A DNA stretch of 64,000 bases from Aequorivita sp. UBA3180 (GCA_002364215.1 DEXQ01000018.1:183287-247286), one strand, 5' to 3'. Counted from the stretch's first letter, positions 18,227-27,540 are shown. Made by a program: numbers and translations. Notes: a model not told the origin generated them from the sequence alone.

Positions 18227-19069
18227 TTATAAGTCACATAATTTTTTTATTTCGTTTAAAACTTTTTCCTTTCTCAGTGTAGAAATTCCAATTTTATCCA
18301 ACAAATGAGAGTCTTTATAAAGCTCTTTGGTAAGGATTACATTGTATTTAATGAGGAGATGTTTTTCATTTTTTGTCAATGTGGTTAAGGTGGTGATGGG
18401 GTAGAGGGCAAACTTGTCCACATTCTGTTTTATGCCGTTGTTTTTTGGATAGTCCCAACTCAATAAATGTAGCCCCACACACTTGGCGTAATCAATTGCA
18501 TCGGTTGAAAAGCGCGTGTTAGTTACCAACCAGCCTTGTTTTAAATGAGATGCTTTTTTTGAGTCGTTGTTCCAACATTTTTGAATATCCAAAAACCTGG
18601 AGTTTATGTATAGCGGGACTTTAACATTGCTAACGGCCTTGGGGTCTGCATGGAATTTACATTCAACCGTATAAGTATTACCATCTTTTTCGGCCAGAAC
18701 GTCTACTTCGTGGGTAATACATTCACCTTGCATAATAATGCCCACTTGCGTACTATAGCCGTGATGCTTCAGCAAGGCACTTACCAACTGTTCAAAAGGA
18801 TAGCCTGTTGGGCCTAAATCTAAAATTGCGCGCTTCAAACTGTATTTAGAAGCTGAAGTGCGATTGTGTTTCTTTAAAAGGGAAAAAGCTTTTTTGTAGA
18901 TTTCTTTGGAAGGCATACCATCATATAGCGTGGGCATTATTTGTTCCACAATTTCGTCTATTTCACTTTCTGAGGCTTTGCTTCGCCTTAGCGAAGTTTT
19001 CAACTTTTCCGCATTGAATGTTTCAATTTCTCCGTTGAATTTCTTTATTTCTATGCTGTCATTTTTCAT
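18227..19069 (-). CDS. ATP-cone + restriction endonuclease domain protein (copy 2)
   Basis: IKKFNGEIETFNAEKLKTSLRRS; LGPTGYPFEQLV, HEVDVLA, ECKFH, KVPLYINSR. Clear paralogue of 15433-16287. Confidence 0.8.
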   Translation of the reverse strand: MKNDSIEIKKFNGEIETFNAEKLKTSLRRSKASESEIDEIVEQIMPTLYDGMPSKEIYKKAFSLLKKHNRTSASKYSLKRAILDLGPTGYPFEQLVSALLKHHGYSTQVGIIMQGECITHEVDVLAEKDGNTYTVECKFHADPKAVSNVKVPLYINSRFLDIQKCWNNDSKKASHLKQGWLVTNTRFSTDAIDYAKCVGLHLLSWDYPKNNGIKQNVDKFALYPITTLTTLTKNEKHLLIKYNVILTKELYKDSHLLDKIGISTLRKEKVLNEIKKLCDL

Positions 19070-19080
19070 AATATATCAAG

Positions 19081-19980
19081 TCAAAATCGTAATATTTCAG
19101 TCATTAAACCGAAACGAATAATATCCAGTTGATGTTGAAAGTAAATATTATAATAATCCAAACCGTGATAAAACTTGATAAAAAAACCGATATCTTCCAA
19201 AAATTTTGGATGATAATAAAATGTGAAAGCACCGCTGAAACGTTTTGTATCAAAGATTTTCCAGTCGTTAATTTCATCAAACATCCAAGTGGTTTCAATT
19301 TTTAATGAAAAGTTTGCCTTTCTTTCCTTACTGAAAAAATCACGATCCAGTGGAAGCTTATAGGCAAAAAACGAATTGTGCCATCGCAGCCCGCTATATT
19401 GTCCCTTTAACTCGTCAAGCATCCAGCTTTTGGGATGGATTTCCAAAGAACTTTTAAAGAATTTTACTGCGTTTACCTGAGAACCATAAGAAGTGTCAAT
19501 GAAACCTATTTCAAGAAAATTGGTTGCAAAATTTCCAGATTGTAAATTTATGGAAGTATCGCTATTGTAAAAATTACCGTCTTGGCCATTGGAATGATGT
19601 GCTATTCTTGCAAACATAGTGGTGTGATGGGCCAATTTCGGGTAGCCAAAGAGATAATACAAAGAGAGTTGTGGAATATAGCTTGGCGTTTTCACAGGAT
19701 ACGACTCTTCATTAAACATTCTAATGGTAATCTGAGGTGTTAGGACCATCATCATTCTTGAATCTGCCCTTTTTCTGACCACAAAATTGGGGTTGAGGTT
19801 GGCCTCGAACATAAGCGGCTCAATATTTCCGACGTCCGTTGGAAATGTTATATAGCTATCGCTTTGATTAATGTGGGCAATTTGAACAAGATATAGTCGA
19901 GGGACTGTATCTGTTTGCTGTTGCGCAAAACTGCTGACAATGCACAATAGAAATACTACGATGTGGAATGTATGAGTCAT
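19081..19980 (-). CDS. Outer-membrane beta-barrel, phospholipase A (OMPLA/PldA)-like
   Basis: Signal peptide; RMFNEES.PV.TPSY.P and RIAHHSNGQ resemble the OMPLA HxSNG catalytic motif; aromatic C-terminus. Confidence 0.55.
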   Translation of the reverse strand: MTHTFHIVVFLLCIVSSFAQQQTDTVPRLYLVQIAHINQSDSYITFPTDVGNIEPLMFEANLNPNFVVRKRADSRMMMVLTPQITIRMFNEESYPVKTPSYIPQLSLYYLFGYPKLAHHTTMFARIAHHSNGQDGNFYNSDTSINLQSGNFATNFLEIGFIDTSYGSQVNAVKFFKSSLEIHPKSWMLDELKGQYSGLRWHNSFFAYKLPLDRDFFSKERKANFSLKIETTWMFDEINDWKIFDTKRFSGAFTFYYHPKFLEDIGFFIKFYHGLDYYNIYFQHQLDIIRFGLMTEILRF

Positions 19981-20369
19981 GTTTTTTTCTTCAAACCATA
20001 GTATATCATTCCTGCAAAAAACAATGTAACCAAAATCCTAAAAAGCATAGCTCCAATGGTACGGCTTTCATACAGGCCATCATTATTGATATAAATGAAC
20101 AGCCCAATATATGCCAGAACGAGTATTATGGCCGCAATTAGCATAACAGATAATGACCATTTTTTTAAAAAAAGATACCCGTAGGAAGCCAAAAGGTATA
20201 AAAGACTTACCATAAAATTTGCCCAAACCACCAAAGGCACATAATTGCCTTCCTTTGCACGTATTCCGAACCAATCAAATATTACGGAACTGCTCAAAAA
20301 AAGTGTGAGCAATGCAAATACAATTAGTAGAACTGCAATAACGTATCTAAATACTTTATTTTTTTTCAT
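19977..20369 (-). CDS. 4-TM membrane protein of unknown function
   Basis: 130 aa with four hydrophobic helices, translationally coupled to neighbours. Confidence 0.7.
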   Translation of the reverse strand: MKKNKVFRYVIAVLLIVFALLTLFLSSSVIFDWFGIRAKEGNYVPLVVWANFMVSLLYLLASYGYLFLKKWSLSVMLIAAIILVLAYIGLFIYINNDGLYESRTIGAMLFRILVTLFFAGMIYYGLKKKT

Positions 20370-20380
20370 GATTCAACGAT

Positions 20381-21130
20381 TTAAAATTTTCTTCGGTTTT
20401 CACCATACCACCATTTTGGTTTGTATTGTTTTTTCACCAATCCAAATCTTTTAATGGCGTGAATTTTTATATGCGCTACAACTTCTTCAGCAGAATCGGT
20501 TACGAAAAGTAGTTTCATATCCTCGTGGCTAATGCTTTCGTTATCTGCCATTGATTGAATGTGGTGACAAAGCTCTTTGTGGTATTCAGAATCGAAAATA
20601 ACAATAGGGAAATTTTCGATTAGTTTAGTTTGTATCAATGTAATTGCTTCAAAGAGTTCATCTAAAGTTCCCATTCCACCAGGCATTACTACGTAGGCAT
20701 AAGAATATTTCATCAATAAAAACTTTCTAACAAAGAAATAGGGAATGTCTATCCATTTGTGCAAATAGGGGTTTGGTTTTTGCTCAAAAGGCAGAATAAT
20801 ATTCACTCCCACAGAATAGCCGCCAGCCTCAAAAGCGCCTTTGTTGGCGGCTTCCATAATACCCGGACCACCTCCTGTCATAATAGTGAACCCTAATTTT
20901 GAAAGTTCAGCTCCAATTTTTTCTGCATTTTGATAGTGTTTGGAATCTGGAGTGAACCGTGCCGAGCCAAAAACAGTAACACAGGGTCCGATAAAGTGCA
21001 TTTTCCGAAAACCACGTACAAATTGGTACAACACCCTTAAAGCAAACCCCAATTCTTTAAACCTTGAAAGGGGCCCCCGAAGGAATGGCGATTCGCTTTT
21101 TTGTAAATGATATTTGATGTTATTTTCCAT
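20381..21130 (-). CDS. LOG family (TIGR00730 Rossmann-fold) nucleotide hydrolase
   Basis: TVFGSAR, TGGGPGIMEAANKG, YFFVRK, MPGGMGTLDELFE. Confidence 0.93.
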   Translation of the reverse strand: MENNIKYHLQKSESPFLRGPLSRFKELGFALRVLYQFVRGFRKMHFIGPCVTVFGSARFTPDSKHYQNAEKIGAELSKLGFTIMTGGGPGIMEAANKGAFEAGGYSVGVNIILPFEQKPNPYLHKWIDIPYFFVRKFLLMKYSYAYVVMPGGMGTLDELFEAITLIQTKLIENFPIVIFDSEYHKELCHHIQSMADNESISHEDMKLLFVTDSAEEVVAHIKIHAIKRFGLVKKQYKPKWWYGENRRKF

Positions 21131-22251
21131 TAATTTACTTTTTTATAGCTCCAAACCGCCAAACCGTTCATTATAATTGCATATAGCAGCGTTTTCCACA
21201 GCTGTGGTAAAATATCCATAAAGCCGGAGCCTTTCAGCATAACCATGCGTACAATCTCTACAAAATATTTTATAGGGTTAAATTCCGTAACTATCTGTGC
21301 CCATTTTGGCATGCTTTCTATTGGTGTAAACAAGCCGCTCATTAAAATAAAAATCACGACAAAAAACCAAGCGATAAACATAGCCTGTTGTTGGGTGTCG
21401 GTGAAATTTGAAATTAGTAGCCCCATTCCTAAAATCACTAAAATATAAATGGAAGTGTATGCGTATAGAAGTATTATGCTGCCTAACATTGGAACATTGA
21501 AAATTACTTTTGCAAGTATCAGCCCAATAGTTAGCAAGCCCATTCCAATTACCCAAAACGGAAATAATTTCCCGATAATAAACTGACTTTTGCGAATGGG
21601 GGTCACGTTGATTTGTTCCAAAGTGCCTATTTCTTTTTCTCTAACAATATTCATCCCAGAGAGAAATAGGGTAATCATAGTTACCAATAGCACTAAAATA
21701 CCTGGGACCATGAAGGTTTTATAATCTAAAGTAGTATTGTACCAAAAGGAAGGGATGCTCTCAATTGTAACGGGCCGTCCAATTTTCTTAGATTTATCCA
21801 TTAAATTAATTTTCACATCTTTATTAAAACTTTGGACAATTTGATTTACATAACCACTTTCCACTCCGGCAGCGGCACCGTCAATAGCGTTAATAGTGAT
21901 GGATAAATTGGTTGTTTTTTCCTTTAGGAGATTTAGTTCAAAATGATTTGGGATTTCCATCACCACATCAACTTCTCCAGCTAACATTGCAGAGCTCGCT
22001 TTTTCTTGTGAGGGAAAATCGGTTAATACATCGAAATAAGTAGAAGCATTAAACTTTTCAATCAATGCGCGGGAGGATGAGGTATGATCGTAATCTATGT
22101 ATGCGAATTTTATGTTTTTTACTTCATAAGTAGCTGCATTGGAGAGTATAACCAATTGGAGAATTGGAAGGATGAAAATGATTGGCAACATCCCTTTATT
22201 TCTAAAGATTTGTTTGAATTCTTTTTGTATTATGTAACCGATAGTCTTCAT
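21130..22251 (-). CDS. ABC-2 type permease (YbhR-like)
   Basis: IQKEFKQIFR, IVREKEIGTLEQINVTP, SGLFTPIESMP. Confidence 0.92.
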   Translation of the reverse strand: MKTIGYIIQKEFKQIFRNKGMLPIIFILPILQLVILSNAATYEVKNIKFAYIDYDHTSSSRALIEKFNASTYFDVLTDFPSQEKASSAMLAGEVDVVMEIPNHFELNLLKEKTTNLSITINAIDGAAAGVESGYVNQIVQSFNKDVKINLMDKSKKIGRPVTIESIPSFWYNTTLDYKTFMVPGILVLLVTMITLFLSGMNIVREKEIGTLEQINVTPIRKSQFIIGKLFPFWVIGMGLLTIGLILAKVIFNVPMLGSIILLYAYTSIYILVILGMGLLISNFTDTQQQAMFIAWFFVVIFILMSGLFTPIESMPKWAQIVTEFNPIKYFVEIVRMVMLKGSGFMDILPQLWKTLLYAIIMNGLAVWSYKKVN

Positions 22252-23357
22252 TATTCCAAGCGTATTTTATATTTTTTCACACTTAACCCAATAAAGAAAA
22301 GGGTCATTCCAATCAAAATCAGCGTTTCTTTCCAGACATATGCCATTCCAACGCCTTTCAGCATGATGCCCTTTATAATGATGATAAACCATTTAGCAGG
22401 AATGATGTTACTGATTACTTGTAATGGTGCTGGCATACTGGATATTGGAAAGATAAATCCAGAAAGTAATATTACGGGAAGCATCAAACCCATCAACGAA
22501 ATCATCATTGCAGACTGTTGAGTTTCTGCGATGGTTGAGATTAAAATTCCCAACGCTAATGATGTGATTATAAACAAAACACTTTCTGTACCCAATAAAA
22601 ATAGACTGCCCTGAACTGGCATCTTAAATATAAAAATGCTCAAAACAACTATTACCGCTGCATTTATAACAGATAGAAAAATATACGGAACCACTTTCCC
22701 GATAATAACCTGAAATGGTTTTAAGGGTGAAACAAGTAGAATTTCCATGGTGCCCAATTCCTTTTCGCGGGTTATGGAGATTGAGGTCATCATAGCCGAA
22801 ACCAGCATTAAAATAATAGTCATAACGCCGGGAACGAACATAAAAACACTTTTAAGTTCTGGATTGTAAACCATCCGTGTCTGCGGAATTATCTGATACT
22901 CTATTACTATATCTTTATTTTTAGATTGTTGATAGTTTTGAAGTATTGAATTGATATAGTTAGTGATCGAATTTGCAGTATTTGGGTCGGTGGCGTCAGT
23001 TATTATTTGAATGGTAGCCTTCTGCTCTTTTATAAGATTTTTGCTGAAATCTTTTTCAAAATTCAAAACTGCTTTTATTTTTCCTTTTTTGAAAGCTGTT
23101 TCAATATCGGTTTCCCGAACAATCATTTGTTTAATGGTGAAATATTTTGAAGCTGAAATCTTATTAATTATTTCTTCTGTGGTAGTATCTTTTGAATGGT
23201 CCAAAATGGCAATATCAACGTTATTGATTTCATTGGTGATAGCAAACCCGAAAAGCAATATTTGGGCAATGGGCATCCCAAAAAGAATGAACAACGACCG
23301 TCTATCCCTGAAGATATGGTAAAACTCCTTTTTTATAAAACCTATAAATCGTTTCAT
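22251..23357 (-). CDS. ABC-2 type permease (YbhS-like)
   Basis: KKEFYHIFRD, ITREKELGTMEILLVSP, LSGFIFPISSMP. Confidence 0.92.
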   Translation of the reverse strand: MKRFIGFIKKEFYHIFRDRRSLFILFGMPIAQILLFGFAITNEINNVDIAILDHSKDTTTEEIINKISASKYFTIKQMIVRETDIETAFKKGKIKAVLNFEKDFSKNLIKEQKATIQIITDATDPNTANSITNYINSILQNYQQSKNKDIVIEYQIIPQTRMVYNPELKSVFMFVPGVMTIILMLVSAMMTSISITREKELGTMEILLVSPLKPFQVIIGKVVPYIFLSVINAAVIVVLSIFIFKMPVQGSLFLLGTESVLFIITSLALGILISTIAETQQSAMMISLMGLMLPVILLSGFIFPISSMPAPLQVISNIIPAKWFIIIIKGIMLKGVGMAYVWKETLILIGMTLFFIGLSVKKYKIRLE

Positions 23358-23360
23358 TTT

Positions 23361-23457
23361 CCCCTCTAACTCCCCAAAGGGGAGAACTTATTTCGTTGTT
23401 AATTTTTAATTGCAATCGGTATTTTTTCCCTTTCCTTTGGGAAGGGTCGGGGATGGG
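23361..23457. repeat. Inverted pair of REP-like CCC..CCCCAAAGGGGAG hairpin elements
   Basis: cccctctaactccccaaaggggag (23361-23384, +) and cccatccccgacccttcccaaaggaaaggg (23428-23457, -). Confidence 0.65.
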
Positions 23458-24182
23458 ATTCTAGCCAATTTCAAAAACACATCGTTCATAGAGTCTACCT
23501 TAAATTGTTCTTTCAATTTCTTTGGTGTGTCCAAAGCTTCTATTTTTCCTTCCACCATTATAGAAACACGGTCGCAGTATTCGGCTTCGTCCATATAATG
23601 CGTGGTTACGAAAATAGTGGTGCCCTGGTCGGCGGCCTTATAGATCATTTCCCAAAACTGTCTTCGGGTTATGGGGTCAACGCCGCCAGTGGGCTCATCC
23701 AAGAAAACAATTTTTGGTTCGTGCAAAAGTGAAACCGAAAATGAAAGCTTTTGTTTCCAGCCCAAAGGCAAGGAGCCAACTAATTTATTACTGATATTTT
23801 CCAGCCCCAATTCAGAAATTAATTCTTCCCTTTTCTCCTTAATTTTTTTTTTGGACAAACCATAAATACCTCCAAAAAATGTAATGTTCTCTTTTACTGT
23901 TAAATCATCATAAAGTGCGAATTTTTGGCTCATATAGCCTATGTTTTTTTTGATGTTTTCGGGCTGGGAATACACATCAAACCCTGCAACAGTAGCTTGG
24001 CCCGAGGAAGGCTTTGAGATTCCTATCAGCATTTTCATAGCCGTGGTTTTTCCTGCGCCGTTCGCTCCCAAAAACCCAAAGATTTCACCTTTTTTGACTT
24101 CAAAACTGATAGTGTTTACAGCTGTGAAATCACCAAATGTTTTGGTTAATTGATTGACTTCTATTACATTTTCTTCTTTCAT
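23406..24182 (-). CDS. ABC transporter ATP-binding protein
   Basis: GANGAGKTT, LPLGWKQ, FLDEPTGG, TTHYMDEAE. Confidence 0.95.
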   Translation of the reverse strand: MKEENVIEVNQLTKTFGDFTAVNTISFEVKKGEIFGFLGANGAGKTTAMKMLIGISKPSSGQATVAGFDVYSQPENIKKNIGYMSQKFALYDDLTVKENITFFGGIYGLSKKKIKEKREELISELGLENISNKLVGSLPLGWKQKLSFSVSLLHEPKIVFLDEPTGGVDPITRRQFWEMIYKAADQGTTIFVTTHYMDEAEYCDRVSIMVEGKIEALDTPKKLKEQFKVDSMNDVFLKLARIPSPTLPKGKGKNTDCN

Positions 24183-25084
24183 TACCGCGCTAATTCCATA
24201 AAGGCATCCTCTATATTTGCTTTGGTAGATTCTATGTGAATAGCTGTTAGGCCTTCTTTTTCCAAATAGGATTGCAAATCACTTATTTCAAATAAATCCC
24301 TCTTGTCGGTATAATGCACAAATTCGCCAAAGGGAAAGACGCTATATACGTGCTCGTATTGCTGCAGCGATTGGATCAATTTGTACATATTAACTGCGCC
24401 CACATTGTAAATGGTTTTCGGGAATTGGCTTACAATGGCTTCGGGTGTGTCGATTTTTAAAATCTTGCCGCCCTGTATCAAGGCAATCCTGTCGCATAAT
24501 GCCGCTTCGTCCATATATGGAGTTGAAACCAAAATGGTAATCCCTTTTTTCTGTAAACGTTTCAACATTTCCCAAAATTCCTTTCGCGAAACCGGGTCAA
24601 CGCCGGTCGTGGGTTCGTCCAGAAAAAGCACTTTAGGTTTGTGAATCAATGCGCAACAGAGGGCGAGTTTTTGCTTCATTCCGCCAGAAAGTTTTCCTGC
24701 GCGTCGATTTTTGAAAGGTTCAATTTGAACGTAAATATCTTCAATCAAATCGTAATTTTCTTCAATCGTAGTTCCGAAAATAGTGGCGAAAAACGCCAGG
24801 TTTTCCTCTACAGTCAAATCTTGGTAAAGCGAAAAGCGCCCGGGCATATAGCCCACTGCCTTTCGAATGGCCTTATAATCTTTTACAACATCAAATCCGG
24901 CAACGGTGGCAGTCCCTTCATCGGAAATTAACAGCGTGGTCAAAATCCTGAAAATGGTGGTTTTCCCGGCGCCATCTGGCCCGATTAGGCCAAAGAGTTC
25001 GCCCGGGTTCACATCAAACGAAATGTCCTGAACTGCTTTTACCTTTTTATAGGATTTGCTGATATTGCTTAGGGAAATGCTCAT
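24182..25084 (-). CDS. ABC transporter ATP-binding protein
   Basis: GPDGAGKTT, LSGGMKQ, FLDEPTTG. Confidence 0.95.
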   Translation of the reverse strand: MSISLSNISKSYKKVKAVQDISFDVNPGELFGLIGPDGAGKTTIFRILTTLLISDEGTATVAGFDVVKDYKAIRKAVGYMPGRFSLYQDLTVEENLAFFATIFGTTIEENYDLIEDIYVQIEPFKNRRAGKLSGGMKQKLALCCALIHKPKVLFLDEPTTGVDPVSRKEFWEMLKRLQKKGITILVSTPYMDEAALCDRIALIQGGKILKIDTPEAIVSQFPKTIYNVGAVNMYKLIQSLQQYEHVYSVFPFGEFVHYTDKRDLFEISDLQSYLEKEGLTAIHIESTKANIEDAFMELAR

Positions 25085-25106
25085 TTCTTTTGTTATTAAA
25101 TTATTA

Positions 25107-25170
25107 AGTTATTGGGTTACTGAGTTATTGGGTTATTCTGAAGTGTTAATAACTGAGTAACCCAATAACT
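25107..25170. repeat. Intergenic inverted repeat built of heptamer-like units
   Basis: agttattgggttact (25107-25121) and its perfect complement agtaacccaataact (25156-25170), plus a second partial copy inside. Confidence 0.7.
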
Positions 25171-25184
25171 CCGTAACTTTTCCC

Positions 25185-25643
25185 TTAATTTTCAACTTTG
25201 ACGGTAACTTCCATTGTAACCTTCGATTTTATTGAGTTTGAAATCAAACAAGCCGCTTCCGATTTTTGGAGGATGCGTTCTGCTCGTTCCCGATCTTTTT
25301 CATCTTTAATGGTTACGATGGGTTGTAGAATTACTTCCGTCATTAAATATTTGCCGTCCACTTTTTCCAAAACACCTTTCGATTTACAGCTGAATCCTGT
25401 GAAATCCAGTTTTGAATTTTCAGCAATTGCCAAAAAAGTAGTCATCAAGCAACTGCTTACTGCTGCTGTAAAAAGATGTTCGGGCGACCAAATATTAGGC
25501 ATTCCCTTTGGAAATTCGGGAGGTGTAGCAACTTCAATGCAATTTGCTGAATGCGTATTACCTTCTGCCAATTCTGGCGAGCACATCATTCCTTTCCGGT
25601 CCTCGCGCCAAGTGATATCTATGTTATAATTATGTTTTTCCAT
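25185..25643 (-). CDS. OsmC/Ohr family protein
   Basis: WSPEHLFTAAVSSCLMTTF and AACLISNS (two conserved Cys). Confidence 0.9.
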   Translation of the reverse strand: MEKHNYNIDITWREDRKGMMCSPELAEGNTHSANCIEVATPPEFPKGMPNIWSPEHLFTAAVSSCLMTTFLAIAENSKLDFTGFSCKSKGVLEKVDGKYLMTEVILQPIVTIKDEKDRERAERILQKSEAACLISNSIKSKVTMEVTVKVEN

Positions 25644-25656
25644 GATTCAGAATATT

Positions 25657-26157
25657 TTATTGAAAGTAATTGTAATAACCTTCTAGGTTTTCTTTGATGC
25701 TTGCTAAAGTTTCAGCGCCTTCATCTGTATTTGAAACTTTTCCCAGAGCCTCAATTTTCTCGATAAGCGGATGTAGAAAAACGTGCAGGTTATCGTGCGA
25801 AGGACCTTCCATCGTACATTTTTTAACTACTACATTTTTATCCTCGTTCAGTTTTGAAGCAAGCGCGTGATAATCTTCCACGGTTTTGGGGGCGCTGGAT
25901 TTTACCAAATTGAGCATTTTGTCCACCCCTTCAGTTGTTTCCAGGTTGGCTTCCCATTTGTTGCCGTTGTCTAACTTTATCTCGTTTACCCAAGCGTTGT
26001 TCAGGGCATGGGTTTCTTCGGCCATTTCTTCCATATCGTGTTCGTGAACTCCTTCGGTGGTTTCAACGATATCAGTACTTTCCTGTTTATGTTTTGTTTC
26101 GTTACAGCTTATTAATAATGCTGAAATGATTGCTGTTGTTAAGATTGTTTTTTTCAT
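25657..26157 (-). CDS. His-rich lipoprotein, possibly DnrO-like
   Basis: Lipobox LISC; HEHDM, KLDNGNKWEANLETTEG, CTMEGPSHDNLHVFLHP. Family call is recollection. Confidence 0.5.
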   Translation of the reverse strand: MKKTILTTAIISALLISCNETKHKQESTDIVETTEGVHEHDMEEMAEETHALNNAWVNEIKLDNGNKWEANLETTEGVDKMLNLVKSSAPKTVEDYHALASKLNEDKNVVVKKCTMEGPSHDNLHVFLHPLIEKIEALGKVSNTDEGAETLASIKENLEGYYNYFQ

Positions 26158-26176
26158 AATATTAAATTTTACGTGT

Positions 26177-26575
26177 TTATAGTTTAGAGTTTATTGTTGT
26201 TTTGGCGAAAGCAATTATATGACCGTCCAGGTCGGCTATATATCCCACGGTGTCGCCCCAATCGCGTGTTTGAAATTCACTGATATTTTTTGCGCCCAAT
26301 TGGATGCCGCGTTCCAAATAATCGGCGGGATTTGTTACTTTTAAATATATTTCACAACGCGGGATACCGTTGGCAATTTTGGGATGTGGCATTGTTGGAC
26401 AAAGAATATTCGAGATACCGCTTTCGGGCATCAACCCAAGTTTTACGGTTTTTGAAAGGTGGAACTCTGTCATGCCCGGCACATTCAAAGTAGGAGTTAA
26501 ATCAAGCAATTTTCCATAAAATTTAGTACTCCGCACTTGATCTGAAACATATAATATAAATTCAACTGTTTTCAT
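26177..26575 (-). CDS. VOC/glyoxalase family protein
   Basis: ILYVSDQ.RS..FY..LL, EIYL.V, RDWGD.VGY.AD.DGHII.F. Confidence 0.85.
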   Translation of the reverse strand: MKTVEFILYVSDQVRSTKFYGKLLDLTPTLNVPGMTEFHLSKTVKLGLMPESGISNILCPTMPHPKIANGIPRCEIYLKVTNPADYLERGIQLGAKNISEFQTRDWGDTVGYIADLDGHIIAFAKTTINSKL

Positions 26576-26592
26576 ATTTTTTGTTTTTTTTC

Positions 26593-26662
26593 CTACTGAC
26601 TACTGACTACTGACTACTGACTACTGACTACTGACTACTGACTACTGACTACTGACTACTGA
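26593..26662 (+). repeat. Perfect heptamer tandem repeat (CTACTGA)10
   Basis: Ten exact copies counted. The last copy contains the stop codon of the hlyD-like gene. Confidence 0.95.
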
Positions 26663-27540
26663 GAAATCCACATTTCCGCAGGCATTCCAATTTTCAGGCT
26701 GCCGTTGTTTTTTACTATCACTTTCACGGCATAAACAAGGTTTACCCGTTCTTCTTTGGTTTGAATTATTTTTGGGGTGAATTCTGCCGAAGCTGAAATC
26801 CAGCTTATGATTCCAGCATAATCTTTCATTGCTTCACCAGAATCGATTTTTACGGTTACTTGCTGTCCTATTTTAATGTTTGGGAGCTGCGTTTCGCTTA
26901 TGTAAACACGCAGCGTCATTTCTTCCAAATCGGCAATTTTATAAAGCGGTTTTCCGAAGGAAACAATCTCGCCTGGCTCTGAATATTTCGTTAATACAGT
27001 TCCATTTATTGGATTGATAATACTGCTTTTTGAAAGTTGTTCTTCAATTTGAGCAACTTTCGCATCAATGGATTTTACCTCATTTACGATAGGTGCATTT
27101 TGTGTTTCCACATTTTGAATTTGTTTTTTCAAAACGTCCACTTGACTGTTGACTTGATCCAATTGGCGCTGGGTGGCAGCGTTTTCGGCAAACATATTTT
27201 GAATACGCTGTTGCTCCGTTTTTGCCGTTTGCAATTGTTGGTTCAAAACGCTCACTTGCGACCAAACGCCTCCAGATTTTGATGCAGCTGTTTCCTTTGA
27301 AGCAAGAAGTTGTTCTTTGCTTAAATAAAGTTGAAGGGTATCCACGAGTCCGACGACTGTTCCTTTTTCCAAAATTTGTCCTTCCTCCAAATTCAAAAAT
27401 TCCAGTTTTCCGTTTGCTTCGGACGAGATTGTGATTTCAGTGGCTTCAAAATTGCCATAGCCATCGGCTTTTTCGCTGTTGGAACAGGAGGAAAGAAATC
27501 CAATTAGGACTGCTGTTATAATAACAATTGATTTTTTCAT
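26656..27540 (-). CDS. HlyD family efflux adaptor lipoprotein (YbhG-like)
   Basis: Lipobox LSSC, YGNFEATE, coiled coil, I.NPINGTVL.K..E.GE, EFTPK.IQT..ER..LVY, LKIGMP. Confidence 0.9.
   Translation of the reverse strand: MKKSIVIITAVLIGFLSSCSNSEKADGYGNFEATEITISSEANGKLEFLNLEEGQILEKGTVVGLVDTLQLYLSKEQLLASKETAASKSGGVWSQVSVLNQQLQTAKTEQQRIQNMFAENAATQRQLDQVNSQVDVLKKQIQNVETQNAPIVNEVKSIDAKVAQIEEQLSKSSIINPINGTVLTKYSEPGEIVSFGKPLYKIADLEEMTLRVYISETQLPNIKIGQQVTVKIDSGEAMKDYAGIISWISASAEFTPKIIQTKEERVNLVYAVKVIVKNNGSLKIGMPAEMWISQ

Noticed and set aside
15433-19069. Classical type II/IV restriction-modification system
   Set aside because: No methyltransferase or McrBC-type partner is present. The ATP-cone fusion and context do not fit a standard R-M call.
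26593-26662. Tandem repeat considered as a CRISPR array
   Set aside because: It has no spacers, a 7-bp unit and no cas genes. It is a microsatellite.
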